The position numbers were made by a program, and so were the translations under genes. The notes below the pieces were generated by a model that did no database searches, had not been told where the DNA came from, and saw nothing but the letters and a program-made list of their open reading frames with translations. Positions 35,184-45,728 of a DNA stretch of 64,000 nucleotides are shown piece by piece; position 1 is the first letter of the stretch; the number at the start of each line of letters is the position of its first letter. Origin of the DNA: an uncultured bacterium (lineage in GTDB: Bacteria > Acidobacteriota > Aminicenantia > UBA2199); assembly GCA_965603365.1 (NCBI GenBank), contig CBFDCR010000012.1, forward strand, positions 21,935-85,934, given 5' to 3'.

Positions 35184-35806
35184 TTTTTCTTATTTTTAAT
35201 TTTTCTGAAATTGCGCTTTATAAGAGCGAGAATCCAGGCATATTTTTCCTGAAGTTGTTTGAGTCGTTCCAGGTTCTGATCGTTCATCGCAGTGTTCGGC
35301 TTTTGGCCGGCTTTCCGGGCAAAATCCAGCACCCCGTCGGCTTCGCTGTCGCCCAACAGGTAGGTTTCGCCGGAGGGAAACTTCAATCTCATATCGATCA
35401 CGTCAACAGGCACCCCCTGCATCAACCGTTCGATCCGCTCATCCCGGTCCCTGGCATCCCGGGCCGTGCCGTACGTTACGGTGGCCCAATAACCTTTTTC
35501 ATTTAAATCCAGTACATAGGAATCGTAAAACCAATCGGGGCTCCAGGAAGAGATACTGCCGCTTTTGCCGCCGGTTCGCTTTTGATATTCCCGGTATAAA
35601 ATGTGTTGTTGGCTCTGGCGGCCGTAGTGTTCGATCACCGCCAATGCCTGGTACATGGTGGCGTCGGCCGGCAGGTTGAGTTTCGGCGGTTGAATCAAGG
35701 GGCCGGTGGTTAGGGGTTCGGTTTTTTTTGGTCCGGCAGCCGAGCAGCCGAACCAGACTGCTATAAATAGGACCGCCAATGCTCTGACAATTTTTTTTAC
35801 TTTCAT
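35180..35806 (-). CDS. hypothetical lipoprotein
   Basis: Signal plus lipobox AVWFGCS. No family recognised. Confidence 0.5.
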   Translation of the reverse strand: MKVKKIVRALAVLFIAVWFGCSAAGPKKTEPLTTGPLIQPPKLNLPADATMYQALAVIEHYGRQSQQHILYREYQKRTGGKSGSISSWSPDWFYDSYVLDLNEKGYWATVTYGTARDARDRDERIERLMQGVPVDVIDMRLKFPSGETYLLGDSEADGVLDFARKAGQKPNTAMNDQNLERLKQLQEKYAWILALIKRNFRKIKNKKN

Positions 35807-36255
35807 GTATTTCTATCCCGTTCCATTTTTTTGGCTCTTGACAGTTCGTTGGTGGCCCCGGCAATGAGCAGCACCAGTGAGGCGGCCAGGGTCAACAATA
35901 TCCCGATTCGGCACTGATGAAGGATATAGCGGCAGCGAAAAAACAGGACGATGATGAGAATGACCGGTACACTGCCGACTAACATGGCAGCCGGGCCGGT
36001 GGATTTATTGAATAGGGAGAGAATAATGATGACAGCCGCGCCGATGGGGATCAGGTAGACCAACAGGGTGATCATACCGGCAATGGATTGGAAGACATTG
36101 ATAAAGTGCAGCAGCCTGGCCATATTGTAACCCGCTACCGTTAAGACCGGGTTGGCAAACCAGGGTAAAAAAAAGGCGGCGATTAATACAATGGCGGAAA
36201 CGCCCACCGGCTTTTTGACCACTCTGAGAAAATGGTTTGATTGATCTGTCGACAT
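35803..36255 (-). CDS. hypothetical membrane protein
   Basis: 150 aa, four predicted TM helices. 4-nt overlap with the downstream lipoprotein gene. Confidence 0.5.
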   Translation of the reverse strand: MSTDQSNHFLRVVKKPVGVSAIVLIAAFFLPWFANPVLTVAGYNMARLLHFINVFQSIAGMITLLVYLIPIGAAVIIILSLFNKSTGPAAMLVGSVPVILIIVLFFRCRYILHQCRIGILLTLAASLVLLIAGATNELSRAKKMERDRNT

Positions 36256-36381
36256 TTTGTATTTCTTTAGGCTACCTTATATCATTTTTCCCCCATAAAA
36301 TCAACCGACCACATTGATTCTATCGGCTGCTTGTGGTATAAAATAGAGGTAAAATATTAAGAGTCAAGATGGGCTGGCAAA

Positions 36382-36696
36382 ATGGACAGTAGAAAGACAA
36401 AAAGGGTTAAGGAAAATAAGGAGATTACGCTGATCGATGACAACCGTCATTTCCCTGCCGTGCTCACCAGCATCTCTAAAAATGGCATGTCGGTAAGATG
36501 CAGCCGTGTCTTCCCCACATACAAGGAGATCGGGATTTCATTCAACATTGGCAACCAGCAGATTGAAATAAGGGGCTGTGTTCGCTGGGTGAACGAGCAT
36601 GTGGGCAGATCGAAAGAAAAATTGAAAGAGATAGGGATTCTGGTCAAGGATCCGCCGGCAGAATTTTTAAATTATGTAAATGCGATTTCTAAGTGA
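36382..36696 (+). CDS. PilZ-domain-like small protein
   Basis: 104 aa. N-terminal R/K-rich KRVKENKE... and ISKNGMSV pattern resemble the PilZ RxxxR / DxSxxG motifs (degenerate). Confidence 0.45.
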   Translation: MDSRKTKRVKENKEITLIDDNRHFPAVLTSISKNGMSVRCSRVFPTYKEIGISFNIGNQQIEIRGCVRWVNEHVGRSKEKLKEIGILVKDPPAEFLNYVNAISK

Positions 36697-37396
36697 AGGA
36701 ACGGGTTAGATAGGTTTTTCTCTTTTCTTCGGGAAATTTCTCTATGGCGTAGCGCAGCATGGTGCGGGGCATGGTCTGATAATGTTTCTTTAAGAATGAC
36801 TCTTCCGATTCCAGATCTCTATTGCCGATCTCCCGCAGCATCCAGCCGACGGCCTTGTGAATCAGTTCTTGGGGGTCATGGACCAGCATTTCTATGATTT
36901 GCAGGGCGGTGGCGAATCGACCGGACTTGATGGCGCCGAAGGTGGACAGGATGGCGATCCGCCGTTCCCACAAATTTTCCGATCGGGCCAGTCGAAACAG
37001 GATATCCTTGTCTCTCCCCTTCAAGAAATCCCCCACAATATGTTCGGCCGAGGCATCTACCAGGTCCCAGTTGTTGATTTTGTGGGTGTTTTTTAAATAG
37101 ATGTCGAAGATTTTACCTTTGCAGTCGGCATCCCCTTTTTTGTAAATGAGGATCAAGATAAAGAGGGCCAGGTGCCGTTCTTCGTGGAATTCCGATTGTA
37201 ACAACGTCTCTGCCTCTTCGATGCTCAAGGTCTTAAATTCTCTGGCCATTTGGCGCAGCACCGGTACCCGGATGCCTAAGAAGCGGTCCCCTTCGCCGTA
37301 TTCACCGGGCCCGGTTTTAAAAAATCGCCGGGCCAAGAGGGCATCCTCCGGGTTGGCCGCTGCCTTCAGTTTTTCCCGTAATAATTTTAAACTCAT
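36689..37396 (-). CDS. DNA alkylation repair protein (AlkD/HEAT-like repeat family)
   Basis: From Met 37396: MSLKLLREKLKAAANPEDALLARRFFKTGPGEYGEGDRFLGIRVP... is typical of this family, as is the later WERR. Confidence 0.7.
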   Translation of the reverse strand: MSLKLLREKLKAAANPEDALLARRFFKTGPGEYGEGDRFLGIRVPVLRQMAREFKTLSIEEAETLLQSEFHEERHLALFILILIYKKGDADCKGKIFDIYLKNTHKINNWDLVDASAEHIVGDFLKGRDKDILFRLARSENLWERRIAILSTFGAIKSGRFATALQIIEMLVHDPQELIHKAVGWMLREIGNRDLESEESFLKKHYQTMPRTMLRYAIEKFPEEKRKTYLTRSFT

Positions 37397-37748
37397 TTTT
37401 TCCTCACACAAATTATTAGCATATTCGATCCCCGCAGTCAATTGTTCCGCAGCAGATCCTGCCCCTTCCCTCCCCAAAATACACATAGAGTTTTTTTATT
37501 AAAATTCAGGAGGTGATGTTTGCTGATTTTGATGCTATAACAATAAAAGAAAAAAACATGGGAAAATTGGTGGGCTGGATTTTTATTGAGATTGGTGGTT
37601 GACAACAGGGAGAAAACATTTTAAGATTATCGTTAAGGATTTAAATGCGCCGGGAATTAGTGCTATTCCATAGGCGGTGTTACTTTTATCACTTTTACCA
37701 GATAATGCAGATAAATTTATTTAAAACGATAAATGAGGAGAATAAGAT

Positions 37749-38942
37749 ATGAGCTACACATTTTCAAAGATGTCAAAAAGCATCGTCCGATCTGAAATCC
37801 GTGAAATATTAAAACTGTCCCGCAAGCCGGGAGTCATCTCTTTTGGCGGGGGCCTGCCCGATGCTTCGCTCTTTCCTATTCAGGACATAATCGCGATTAC
37901 TAAGGATGTGTTGGAAAAAAAAGGGTATTTAGCCCTACAATATGGGCCGACTGCTGGGGAACCCGAAATGCTGGAAGCCCTCAGGGATCATATGGCAGAA
38001 TTTGGAGATAAGACGACCACCGAACAGATATGCGTGACCTCTTCTTCCCAGCAGGGTCTCGATCTGGTTGCCCTGTTGTTGCTGGACGATGGGGAACCCA
38101 TTGTGATGGAACTGCCCTCCTATCTCGGTGCCATCCAGGCTTTTCGCCGCTGTGGTGCAGACATGCGGGGCGTTCTCATGGATGACGATGGCATGGATAT
38201 CCGACAGTTGATAAAGGTGCTGGATGGCTTAGAGAAGGAAGGCAAAAAGCCGAGGTTCATTTACACGGTGCCCGATTTTCAGAATCCTTCGGGTATTACC
38301 ATGAGCATAGAGCGGCGAAAAGAACTCGTTAGAATTGCTCATGAGAGAGAAATTCCCATTGTGGAGGATTCGCCCTACCGGGAACTCTCCTTCACCGGCG
38401 AAGTGTTACCCAGTCTATGGAACATTGCCGCTGGCAGGGGGGTGCTGATGTTAAAGACCTTTTCCAAGATGCTCTTTCCCGGCATGCGCATGGGCTGGCT
38501 CGTAGGGGAAAAAGATTTGATCGACAAGGTCATCATGCTCAAGCAGTCGGTGGACCTGTGCACCCCTCCCTTCAACCAACTGATTCTGGCTTCCTATATC
38601 AAAAAGGGCAAGATGAAGCAGACCATCGACAAGGCCATCGAATGCTATCGCCCCAAGCGGAAGGCCATGCTGGAAGCCCTGGAAAACTATATGCCCAAAG
38701 GGGTCTCCTGGTCGAAACCCGACGGCGGTATGTTTTTGTGGGTTACTTTACCGGAATGGGTCGATACTAAGGAGATATTTGTAAAGGCGGTGGAACGCAA
38801 CGTGGCCTATGTCATCGGCCGCCCCTTTCACTGTGATAATTCCGGCAGCAACACCATGAGGTTGAACTACTCCTTCCCGTCGGTGGAGCAGGTCGACCAG
38901 GGCATCAAACAACTGGCCGAAACCATCAAACAGGTGTTTTAA
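37749..38942 (+). CDS. PLP-dependent aminotransferase, class I/II (2-aminoadipate/aromatic aminotransferase-like)
   Basis: ISFGGGLPD N-terminal motif, YTVPDFQNPSG, TFSKMLFPGMRMGW (PLP Lys). Confidence 0.8.
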   Translation: MSYTFSKMSKSIVRSEIREILKLSRKPGVISFGGGLPDASLFPIQDIIAITKDVLEKKGYLALQYGPTAGEPEMLEALRDHMAEFGDKTTTEQICVTSSSQQGLDLVALLLLDDGEPIVMELPSYLGAIQAFRRCGADMRGVLMDDDGMDIRQLIKVLDGLEKEGKKPRFIYTVPDFQNPSGITMSIERRKELVRIAHEREIPIVEDSPYRELSFTGEVLPSLWNIAAGRGVLMLKTFSKMLFPGMRMGWLVGEKDLIDKVIMLKQSVDLCTPPFNQLILASYIKKGKMKQTIDKAIECYRPKRKAMLEALENYMPKGVSWSKPDGGMFLWVTLPEWVDTKEIFVKAVERNVAYVIGRPFHCDNSGSNTMRLNYSFPSVEQVDQGIKQLAETIKQVF

Positions 38943-39020
38943 TGTTCCTGTTGAAGGGATTTGATTCATCAAACCCCTACAGGCCGGGACATGATATGGT
39001 TATGCCTTAGGAGTGCGAAC

Positions 39021-39779
39021 ATGAAGATCGATCTGTCTGGTATGAATGTGACCGTCACCGGTGCCAGCCGGGGGATCGGCCGGGCCATTGTGCAGGCGTT
39101 GGCCTCTGCCGGTGCCCGGCTGGGCGTTCATTACTGTCGGAACGAAAAGGCGGCCCGCGAGCTTGCCCGAGAGGTGGGCAACGGGTCCCAGATTTTCAGG
39201 GCCGATCTGTCCAGTGCCCCTGAGTGCTCCAAACTCTTTAATGAGGTTGAAGCGGCATTCGGCACCATCCACGCCTGGGTCAACAATGCCGGCATTGCTT
39301 TGAAATCACCGTTGGAGATGCAGTCTGAAACCTGGCAGGCAAACTGGCAGCAAACCTTGATGGTCAATTTAACGGCCGTGGGACTGCTGTGCCGGTCGGC
39401 CATCCGCCATTTTCGTGACCACGGGGGCGGCAGGATTATCAATATCGCTTCACGGGCTGCCTTTAGGGGAGATACGCCGGAATACCTGGCCTATGCCGCT
39501 TCTAAGGGGGGTATCGTTTCCCTGACCCGCTCCATTGCCCGGGGCTGCGGTAAGGAAAATATCAAGGCCTTCATTATTGCTCCCGGTTTTGTACGCACCG
39601 ATATGGCTCAGGAATTCTTTGATGAATACGGCGAGGAGATCGCCTTAGATGACATTGCCCTGCCCCGATTGACCGAGCCGGAGGATCTGGGACCTGTGGT
39701 GGCCCTGCTTTGCAGCGGTTTGGCCGATCATGCCACCGGCTCCACCATCGACATCAATGCCGGAAGCTACGTGCATTGA
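39021..39779 (+). CDS. SDR-family oxidoreductase
   Basis: TGASRGIGRAI, NNAG, and the catalytic YAASKGG pattern. ATG 39021 preferred over the TTG 38961 extension. Confidence 0.85.
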   Translation: MKIDLSGMNVTVTGASRGIGRAIVQALASAGARLGVHYCRNEKAARELAREVGNGSQIFRADLSSAPECSKLFNEVEAAFGTIHAWVNNAGIALKSPLEMQSETWQANWQQTLMVNLTAVGLLCRSAIRHFRDHGGGRIINIASRAAFRGDTPEYLAYAASKGGIVSLTRSIARGCGKENIKAFIIAPGFVRTDMAQEFFDEYGEEIALDDIALPRLTEPEDLGPVVALLCSGLADHATGSTIDINAGSYVH

Positions 39780-39828
39780 TTTTTAATTTGACTCTTTACA
39801 TAAGTTTAACATTTTTATAGAATATAGG

Positions 39829-41079
39829 ATGGACAATCAAGAACTTCAAAATTTTCAAGATATCATTAAGCGTCGGGCAGATTTCCCTTCCCTGGCCCGT
39901 CAACATAATGGCTATACGCTGGCGTTTTTTGATGGCCCTGGCGGCACCCAGGTACCGCAGTCGGTCATCGATGCCGTCCTCCGATATTATATGACCAGCA
40001 ACGCCAACGTCCACGGCTCTTTTATCACCTCTCAGGAGACAGACAGACTGGTAGAAGAGGCCCGATCCGCCATGGCCGATTTTTTGGGGGCGGAGAGCAA
40101 CCTCTGCATCTCGTTCGGTGCCAACATGACCAGTCTCACCTTTTCCCTGAGCAAGGCCATCGGCCGTTTTTTGCAGCCGGGAGAAGAGATCCTGGTCACC
40201 CGGTTAGATCATGAAGCCAACCGGGGGCCGTGGCTGGCCCTGCGGGAGAGGGGCATCCGGGTTCGGGAAGCGGCGATCAAGCCTGACTGTACCCTCGATT
40301 ATGAGGACTTCCGCAGTAAGCTTACCGATTCGACCCGGTTGGTGGCGGTGGGCCTTGCCGCCAATGCCTTCGGCACCGTGAACGACCTGGCGCGGATACG
40401 GAAATGGGCCTACGAAGTCGGTGCCTGGCTGCTGGTGGATGCCGTGCATTATGCCCCCCATTTTCCCCTGGATGTGCAAGCCCTGGGGGTGGATTTCCTG
40501 TTGTGCTCTGCCTACAAGTTCTACGGCCCCCATGTGGGCATCCTCTATTCCAGAGAGGGGCTGCTGGATCGAGTCCAAACGGATCGGCTGCGGACGCAGG
40601 ATCAGCGGGCCCCATACTGCATTGAGACCGGTACGCTGAACCATGCCGCCGTTGCCGGAGTTAAAGCGGCAGTGGAATACATCGCCTCTTTCGCTGAAGC
40701 GGATGGCCAGCGTTCAAGAATTTTTAACGGTATGAGTCGCATCACCGATTGCGAACATGAACTGGCGCGGTCTCTTTTTGATGGCCTCGATAATATTCCA
40801 GGGGTGACCATTTATGGTCCTTCTTTCGGAGATCATCTTCGGGCACCCACAGTCTCTTTTACCGTTGAGGGCAAGAGACCCGAAGAGGTCTGCCAGTTGC
40901 TGGCGGGGAAGGGGATTTGTGCCTCGTACGGCCATTTTTATGCCATCCGGCCCATGGAGGTACTGGGGCTGCTGGAAATGGGTGGGGTCACTCGATTGGG
41001 TATCTCCCTTTACAATACTATGGAGGAGATTAATCGGGTGCTGGATGAAATAAAGCACATCGCTGCCGAGAGCCATTAG
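39829..41079 (+). CDS. class V aminotransferase / cysteine desulfurase-family protein
   Basis: LVDAVHYAPH and SAYKFYGPH (PLP Lys). 416 aa. Confidence 0.75.
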   Translation: MDNQELQNFQDIIKRRADFPSLARQHNGYTLAFFDGPGGTQVPQSVIDAVLRYYMTSNANVHGSFITSQETDRLVEEARSAMADFLGAESNLCISFGANMTSLTFSLSKAIGRFLQPGEEILVTRLDHEANRGPWLALRERGIRVREAAIKPDCTLDYEDFRSKLTDSTRLVAVGLAANAFGTVNDLARIRKWAYEVGAWLLVDAVHYAPHFPLDVQALGVDFLLCSAYKFYGPHVGILYSREGLLDRVQTDRLRTQDQRAPYCIETGTLNHAAVAGVKAAVEYIASFAEADGQRSRIFNGMSRITDCEHELARSLFDGLDNIPGVTIYGPSFGDHLRAPTVSFTVEGKRPEEVCQLLAGKGICASYGHFYAIRPMEVLGLLEMGGVTRLGISLYNTMEEINRVLDEIKHIAAESH

Positions 41080-42855
41080 ATGTTTGACTTTGCCTTTTGG
41101 TATACGGCCAGTTTGCTGGTCATTATGACGACTGTACTGGTGCTGGAGTGGATTGAGGCGGATATCGCCATTTTTTCCGTTTTGATTTTACTCATTGTAG
41201 GCGGCGTGATTGATGTAGAGGAGGCTTTTGTCGGTTTTTCCAATCCCGGCATGTTGACCATCTTGTTTCTGTTTATCGTGGCCGCAGCCATGCAAAAGAT
41301 CGGTGTAGTCAATCAAATTGGGGAAGCACTATTGGGAAAGACAGGGAGCATAACTAAAAAGCTGTTTCGTTTCCTGCCGCCCATCTCGGCAATCTCTGCT
41401 TTTTTTAACAATACCCCTATTGTGGCCATGCTGATTCCGGTGGTGCGGGGCTGGAGTAAGAAAAATCAAATCTCGGTATCGAAGTTGCTGATTCCCCTAT
41501 CTTACGCCACCATCCTGGGCGGCACCTGTACCCTCATCGGCACCAGTACCAACCTGGTGGTGCATGGCCTGATGTTGGAGAATGGATTACAGGGGATGGG
41601 CTTTTTTGAGATATCCAGAGTGGGTATACCGGTCGCCCTGTTCGGACTGGCTGTCATCATCTTGTTCGTGCACCGGTTGTTGCCGGATCGTAAAGAGCCG
41701 TTGGTGGAACTGGGAGAGGAAACCCGGGAATTCGTGGTGGTCATGAAGGTGGAAAAGGGATATCCCCATATTGGTAAGTCCATTGAGGCGGCGGGTTTAA
41801 GGCACTTAAAGGGATTATTTCTCTTTGAAATCGAACGGCACGCTTACCTGCTGAATTCCGTCGGGCCGGACGAGAAAATTCAGTTATACGATCGCCTGTT
41901 TTTCACCGGGCTGCCGGAGACCATCATGGAGCTCCAGAAAACCCAGGGCCTGTCCTTGCTAAAGGATGCGGTCTTTGATTTGAAAAATTACGATTCCGAT
42001 AACCTGCGTACCTTCGAGGTGGTGGTATCCGCCAATTCACCTCTGGTGGGCAAGAATGTACGGGAGAGCAATTTCAGAAGGAATTACGATGCAGTGATCA
42101 TTGCCATCCACAGAAGCGGTGAGCGGATTCGTCAGAAGGTCGGCAATATCGTCATCCGTCCCGGTGATACTTTGTTGATCCTGGCCAAACATAATTTCAT
42201 GCAGCAGTGGTATCACACCAGGGATTTTTACCTGGTCTCCCGCTCGGTAGATATTCCCTCCAAGCCCCGTTGGTATTCTTACTTTTCCCTGGGAATTTTG
42301 GGCGCTATGATCGTGGCCATGGCCTTCGGCGTCATACCTGTCTTAGTGGCGGTGAGTGCGGCGGCGGCAATATTGGTGATTTCCCGCTGTATTACCACCG
42401 AAGATGCTCGCAGCAACGTGGATTGGAAAGTCTTACTTATTATTGCCTCAGCTTTCGGCATTGCCAAAGGACTGGATAACTCCGGTGTAGCCCATTTCCT
42501 GGCGGTTAAACTCGTTGATCTGATTGGCTCTTTAGGGATTCTGGCCATGCTGGCCGTAGTCTATTTTGTGACCAATTTTTATACTTCAATTATCACCAAC
42601 AATGCGGCTGCCGCCCTGCTGGTCCCCGTCGCCCTGTCAACGGCCAATCAGGCAGGATTTGATCCTCGGGCCTTTCTTTTTGCCGTGGCCATAGCTGCCT
42701 CCGCCAGCTTCGCCACCCCTATCGGTTACCAGACCAACCTGATGGTCTACGGTCCCGGAGGATACAAATTTAAAGATTTTCTGAAAGTCGGTGTGCCGCT
42801 GAATATTTTAGTCGGCATCGTGGCGGTCCTGACAATCTATTTTCTTTATAGTTAA
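41080..42855 (+). CDS. SLC13/DASS-family permease with central TrkA-C domains
   Basis: 591 aa. TM bundles flank two soluble TrkA-C-like segments ([18 protein letters not shown]..., [17 protein letters not shown]...). Confidence 0.75.
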   Translation: MFDFAFWYTASLLVIMTTVLVLEWIEADIAIFSVLILLIVGGVIDVEEAFVGFSNPGMLTILFLFIVAAAMQKIGVVNQIGEALLGKTGSITKKLFRFLPPISAISAFFNNTPIVAMLIPVVRGWSKKNQISVSKLLIPLSYATILGGTCTLIGTSTNLVVHGLMLENGLQGMGFFEISRVGIPVALFGLAVIILFVHRLLPDRKEPLVELGEETREFVVVMKVEKGYPHIGKSIEAAGLRHLKGLFLFEIERHAYLLNSVGPDEKIQLYDRLFFTGLPETIMELQKTQGLSLLKDAVFDLKNYDSDNLRTFEVVVSANSPLVGKNVRESNFRRNYDAVIIAIHRSGERIRQKVGNIVIRPGDTLLILAKHNFMQQWYHTRDFYLVSRSVDIPSKPRWYSYFSLGILGAMIVAMAFGVIPVLVAVSAAAAILVISRCITTEDARSNVDWKVLLIIASAFGIAKGLDNSGVAHFLAVKLVDLIGSLGILAMLAVVYFVTNFYTSIITNNAAAALLVPVALSTANQAGFDPRAFLFAVAIAASASFATPIGYQTNLMVYGPGGYKFKDFLKVGVPLNILVGIVAVLTIYFLYS

Positions 42856-42861
42856 ATTCTA

Positions 42862-43518
42862 TTAGTCGCTGCAGATGAATTGCACCACCGGATCTGCGGT
42901 GAGCTGGTTGGTGACATATTGAGTGGGATGGCCGATGATCACCGACGGCGTACCCAGGAAGTCGATGGTCCAATCGTTGTAATCGATGTCGAACCCCTGG
43001 TTGTAATAGGCCGCCCATACCAGTTCGCTGCAGTACCATAAGTTGGATGTAATGGGCCAGCCGTACGGGTCATTGCACTTCCTCATGCCGTGAAACCAGT
43101 ACTGATAGTTGTCTTCGCCGGAAGGCGGTGAGCCCATGGCCCATTGAACGGCCGCCGCCTTCTGGGTATCGGAGGCGGTCGCCACTTCGTAGAAGGTGAA
43201 GTTCTCGTACCAATCCTTGAGGGTTGAATAACTTATGGTACCGACGCCGGAATGAGACGCTTCCACGAATTGGTTGCCGTCCAGATAATCGTGGCCCAGG
43301 TAGAGGGCACAATGGTCGTTGCTGGTGCCCTTTAGATAACTTTTCTTCTCGCCTACACCCGGTTTGATATCCATAAAAATGATATCGCCCTTATGCACAC
43401 TGGCGGGCACCTGGTCCACAGTGGTGGGAAAGAGACCGGAAGGCATGGCCGATATCAGCAGTATGGATATCGACAGACTCCACAAAACCCTTTTTTTCAA
43501 TAATACTCTCTGGTTCAT
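42862..43518 (-). CDS. secreted permuted papain-like (YiiX/YaeF, NlpC/P60 superfamily) hydrolase
   Basis: Signal peptide, GDIIF, HCALYLG, VEASHSGV and YCSELVWAAY in the permuted order typical of this family. Confidence 0.55.
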   Translation of the reverse strand: MNQRVLLKKRVLWSLSISILLISAMPSGLFPTTVDQVPASVHKGDIIFMDIKPGVGEKKSYLKGTSNDHCALYLGHDYLDGNQFVEASHSGVGTISYSTLKDWYENFTFYEVATASDTQKAAAVQWAMGSPPSGEDNYQYWFHGMRKCNDPYGWPITSNLWYCSELVWAAYYNQGFDIDYNDWTIDFLGTPSVIIGHPTQYVTNQLTADPVVQFICSD

Positions 43519-43646
43519 GTTGATTTAAACCTCCTTTATATATATTCAATATCAAATGTCGTTTTTCCGGGGTTTGGCTTTACCTCATGTACATATTATG
43601 CAAGCAATACCAGGATTTGTCAAATCCGATTGGCCGAAAAATATTA

Positions 43647-44291
43647 TTAAAACCGGAAAATCAATCCCACCTGGCTGACCCAAAAGCCGGTAGTAGTGCC
43701 GCTGGTAAAGATATGGTGGTAATCGGTTCCCCACTGGATGATCCAGTCGGCATTGAATGAATAATCCAGTCCCAGGCCGAGGTTAACGCCCGGTTGGGCA
43801 CGGCCGGTTTTGGGGATGTAGAGACCGGCACCGCCCCTTACATAGGGTCGGAAAGGATAGGTTGTAAATTCATATTTCAGGTTGGCCGACAGGTTCCACC
43901 AGTGGGTATCAGAGACCGGAGGAGATCCCGCCTTAAAGTGATTGTAGCCCAAAAGGCCCAGCAGCGAGAGCCGTGGTGAAAGATGGTAATCCAGGTTCAA
44001 CCCCAGCCTGTAACTGCCGTTGTAAAAGGTGTTAAAATTCCCGACTGGCAGGGTGATACCGGCATGGACACTGAGACTGTACCGTTTCTGGAGTTTATGG
44101 GCCAGGTTGAATGAGGTGGCCGTTCCCTTGACATCGACGGTGATATCGACATCCCCCAGATCTACGGAGGAGCACATTGGGGACAGCCGGTACAATGCAA
44201 ATTTCAAAATACCCAACAGCCAGCAACCAATTTCAATGGTCATTGCAAAATAACCAATACCCAATAACCAATGAAATCTTAACGTACTCAT
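43647..44291 (-). CDS. outer-membrane beta-barrel protein. N-terminus is uncertain and may be supplied or disrupted by repeat R2
   Basis: Alternating beta-strand pattern and C-terminal ...GLIFRF. Candidate starts are ATG 44177 (no signal peptide) or ATG 44291 (inside repeat R2). The rest of track ORF 43647-45065 is antisense to a radical SAM gene. Confidence 0.55.
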   Translation of the reverse strand: MSTLRFHWLLGIGYFAMTIEIGCWLLGILKFALYRLSPMCSSVDLGDVDITVDVKGTATSFNLAHKLQKRYSLSVHAGITLPVGNFNTFYNGSYRLGLNLDYHLSPRLSLLGLLGYNHFKAGSPPVSDTHWWNLSANLKYEFTTYPFRPYVRGGAGLYIPKTGRAQPGVNLGLGLDYSFNADWIIQWGTDYHHIFTSGTTTGFWVSQVGLIFRF

Positions 44292-44330
44292 TTTGCATTT
44301 TGCATTGGCTGTTTTGCAATTTGCAATGTA
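44191..44330. repeat. palindromic heptamer-repeat element, copy R2 (apparently one copy nested in another)
   Basis: Outer arms TACAATGCAAATTTCAAAA ... TTTTGCAATTTGCAATGTA. The inner unit CATTGCAAAATAACCAATACCCAATAACCAATGAAATCTTAACGTACTCATTTTGCATTTTGCA resembles R1 and R4. Confidence 0.7.
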
Positions 44331-44378
44331 TGTTATAGGCTCCTGGGCCGTCGGGTGGTTTTGGGGTATAATAGGGGT

Positions 44379-45428
44379 ATGGAATATACATGTGAGTTGC
44401 GGAGACAGGGGTTGTCGCCGGGGCGGTGTACGGTGAAGGAGAGGGGTACGGGGCGGCAGGGTCCGGCCTGTGAAATGACCCTCAAGAGCGAGGGCGGCGT
44501 GCTGCAGCGGTTGATCACCTCGGCCCACCTGTCGAGACCGGAACACTATTTTTCCATCTACCAGTCCGGCTGCAACATGGAGTGCCTCAAGTGCCACTCC
44601 TGGCGCTTCAGCCAGTATACGGAGGGGGAGTGGTACTCCGCCGCTGATATCCTGCGAATGGCAGGGGCGTATGCCCGGACAGTCACCTATGAGGAGCCGA
44701 AGGAGCGGGCCACCTCGTTCCATGCCCTGGACCTGTGCCGGGGCTGCGGTGCCTGTGTGCACCCGGACCGCCCCGGCGCCAAGGGGCCTTTGTGTCCCGG
44801 CAAAGTCGAGCCTTACCAGGTGGTCTTGAGTCCCCAGGGTTTTGGCCCGGCCCGAAACATCGTGGCCTTTACCGGCGGCGATGTCATGTGCCGTCCCGAT
44901 TTTTATGCCGACTGCGGCCGGAAGATAAAAGAGAACAACCTGCGCCTGTGGCTGCTGCTGGAGACCAACGGTTACGGTCTCACTCCCCAGAATCTCGATG
45001 TGTTGAAGGGGGCAGGCATCGATGCCTTCTGGCTGGACATCAAGGCCTTTGCTGCCGATGTCCACAAGAAACTGACCGGGGTCTCCAATGAGGGCATCTT
45101 GAAGTTACCGGCGGAGATGGTGAAGCGGGATTTTACCCTGGAGGTGTTGACGTTGTACATTCCCGGCTGGGTGGAGGCAGACCAGATCGGCCGCATTGCC
45201 GAAATCACGGCAGCGGTGGACAAAAACATCCCCTTCACCATCCTGGCCTTCTTCCCGGAATACAAGATGAAGCAGGTGACTTCCCCCACCCTGGATCAGA
45301 TGCTGGCCGCCTACGACGAAGTAAAGAAGACCGGCCTCCACCATGTCCGCCTGGCCAACCTGGGGGTATTCATCACCAGCGAAACCCAGATGGCCGCCCT
45401 CCTCTCCCATGCCCCCGACGCCGTTTAG
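44379..45428 (+). CDS. radical SAM protein (PFL-activase-related, function unknown)
   Basis: YQSGCNMECLKCHSW (CxxxCxxC) and FTGGDVM. Start uncertain (GTG 44355, ATG 44379 or ATG 44472). Confidence 0.7.
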   Translation: MEYTCELRRQGLSPGRCTVKERGTGRQGPACEMTLKSEGGVLQRLITSAHLSRPEHYFSIYQSGCNMECLKCHSWRFSQYTEGEWYSAADILRMAGAYARTVTYEEPKERATSFHALDLCRGCGACVHPDRPGAKGPLCPGKVEPYQVVLSPQGFGPARNIVAFTGGDVMCRPDFYADCGRKIKENNLRLWLLLETNGYGLTPQNLDVLKGAGIDAFWLDIKAFAADVHKKLTGVSNEGILKLPAEMVKRDFTLEVLTLYIPGWVEADQIGRIAEITAAVDKNIPFTILAFFPEYKMKQVTSPTLDQMLAAYDEVKKTGLHHVRLANLGVFITSETQMAALLSHAPDAV

Positions 45429-45515
45429 TTTACTTTACCCTATCTTAATGTTCCATCATCTTCATCTCAGTTTTTTTGGTTTACAGATTTTTTTGCCTGT
45501 CCCCTTTCGCCTCCC

Positions 45516-45719
45516 TTAAGTGATTTCTTTTACCAGTTGGATATTTTGCCTGATCAGTTTATTCACCATTGTTTCCACATCCATGCCCTTCCTGGCGGCT
45601 ATATCTTCAACAAACTTCCGAATATCCGGCTCCAGGTAAATCGGTAGATTCAATTTAACGTTCTTTCTATAAAATTTACCTCTTTCACCCTTAGAAAAAT
45701 CATACTCTTTTTGAATCAT
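45516..45719 (-). CDS. small antitoxin-like protein (RHH/CopG-like; EYDFSKGERGKFY N-terminus)
   Basis: 67 aa. This N-terminal motif is common in antitoxins encoded downstream of BrnT-type toxins. Lies directly downstream of a BrnT-like remnant. Confidence 0.5.
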   Translation of the reverse strand: MIQKEYDFSKGERGKFYRKNVKLNLPIYLEPDIRKFVEDIAARKGMDVETMVNKLIRQNIQLVKEIT

Positions 45720-45728
45720 AATATCTCC

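Noticed and set aside
37525-37611. 28-codon ORF (MFADFDAITIKEKNMGKLVGWIFIEIGG) upstream of the aminotransferase gene as a leader peptide
   Set aside because: AGGAGG is only 2 nt from the ATG, which is too close. There is no codon pattern suggestive of attenuation and no terminator/antiterminator structure evident.
44367-44381. Third leaderless-type arrangement (TATAAT at 44367-44372, 7 nt before ATG 44379)
   Set aside because: No acceptable -35 or extended -10 element at the proper spacing, so the promoter call is too weak to report.
44292-45065. N-terminal two thirds of the 472-aa track ORF 43647-45065(-)
   Set aside because: It is antisense to the well-supported radical SAM gene (CNMECLKCHSW motif on the plus strand), is Gly/Pro/Arg-rich, and crosses repeat R2. 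Only the C-terminal beta-barrel part is credible.
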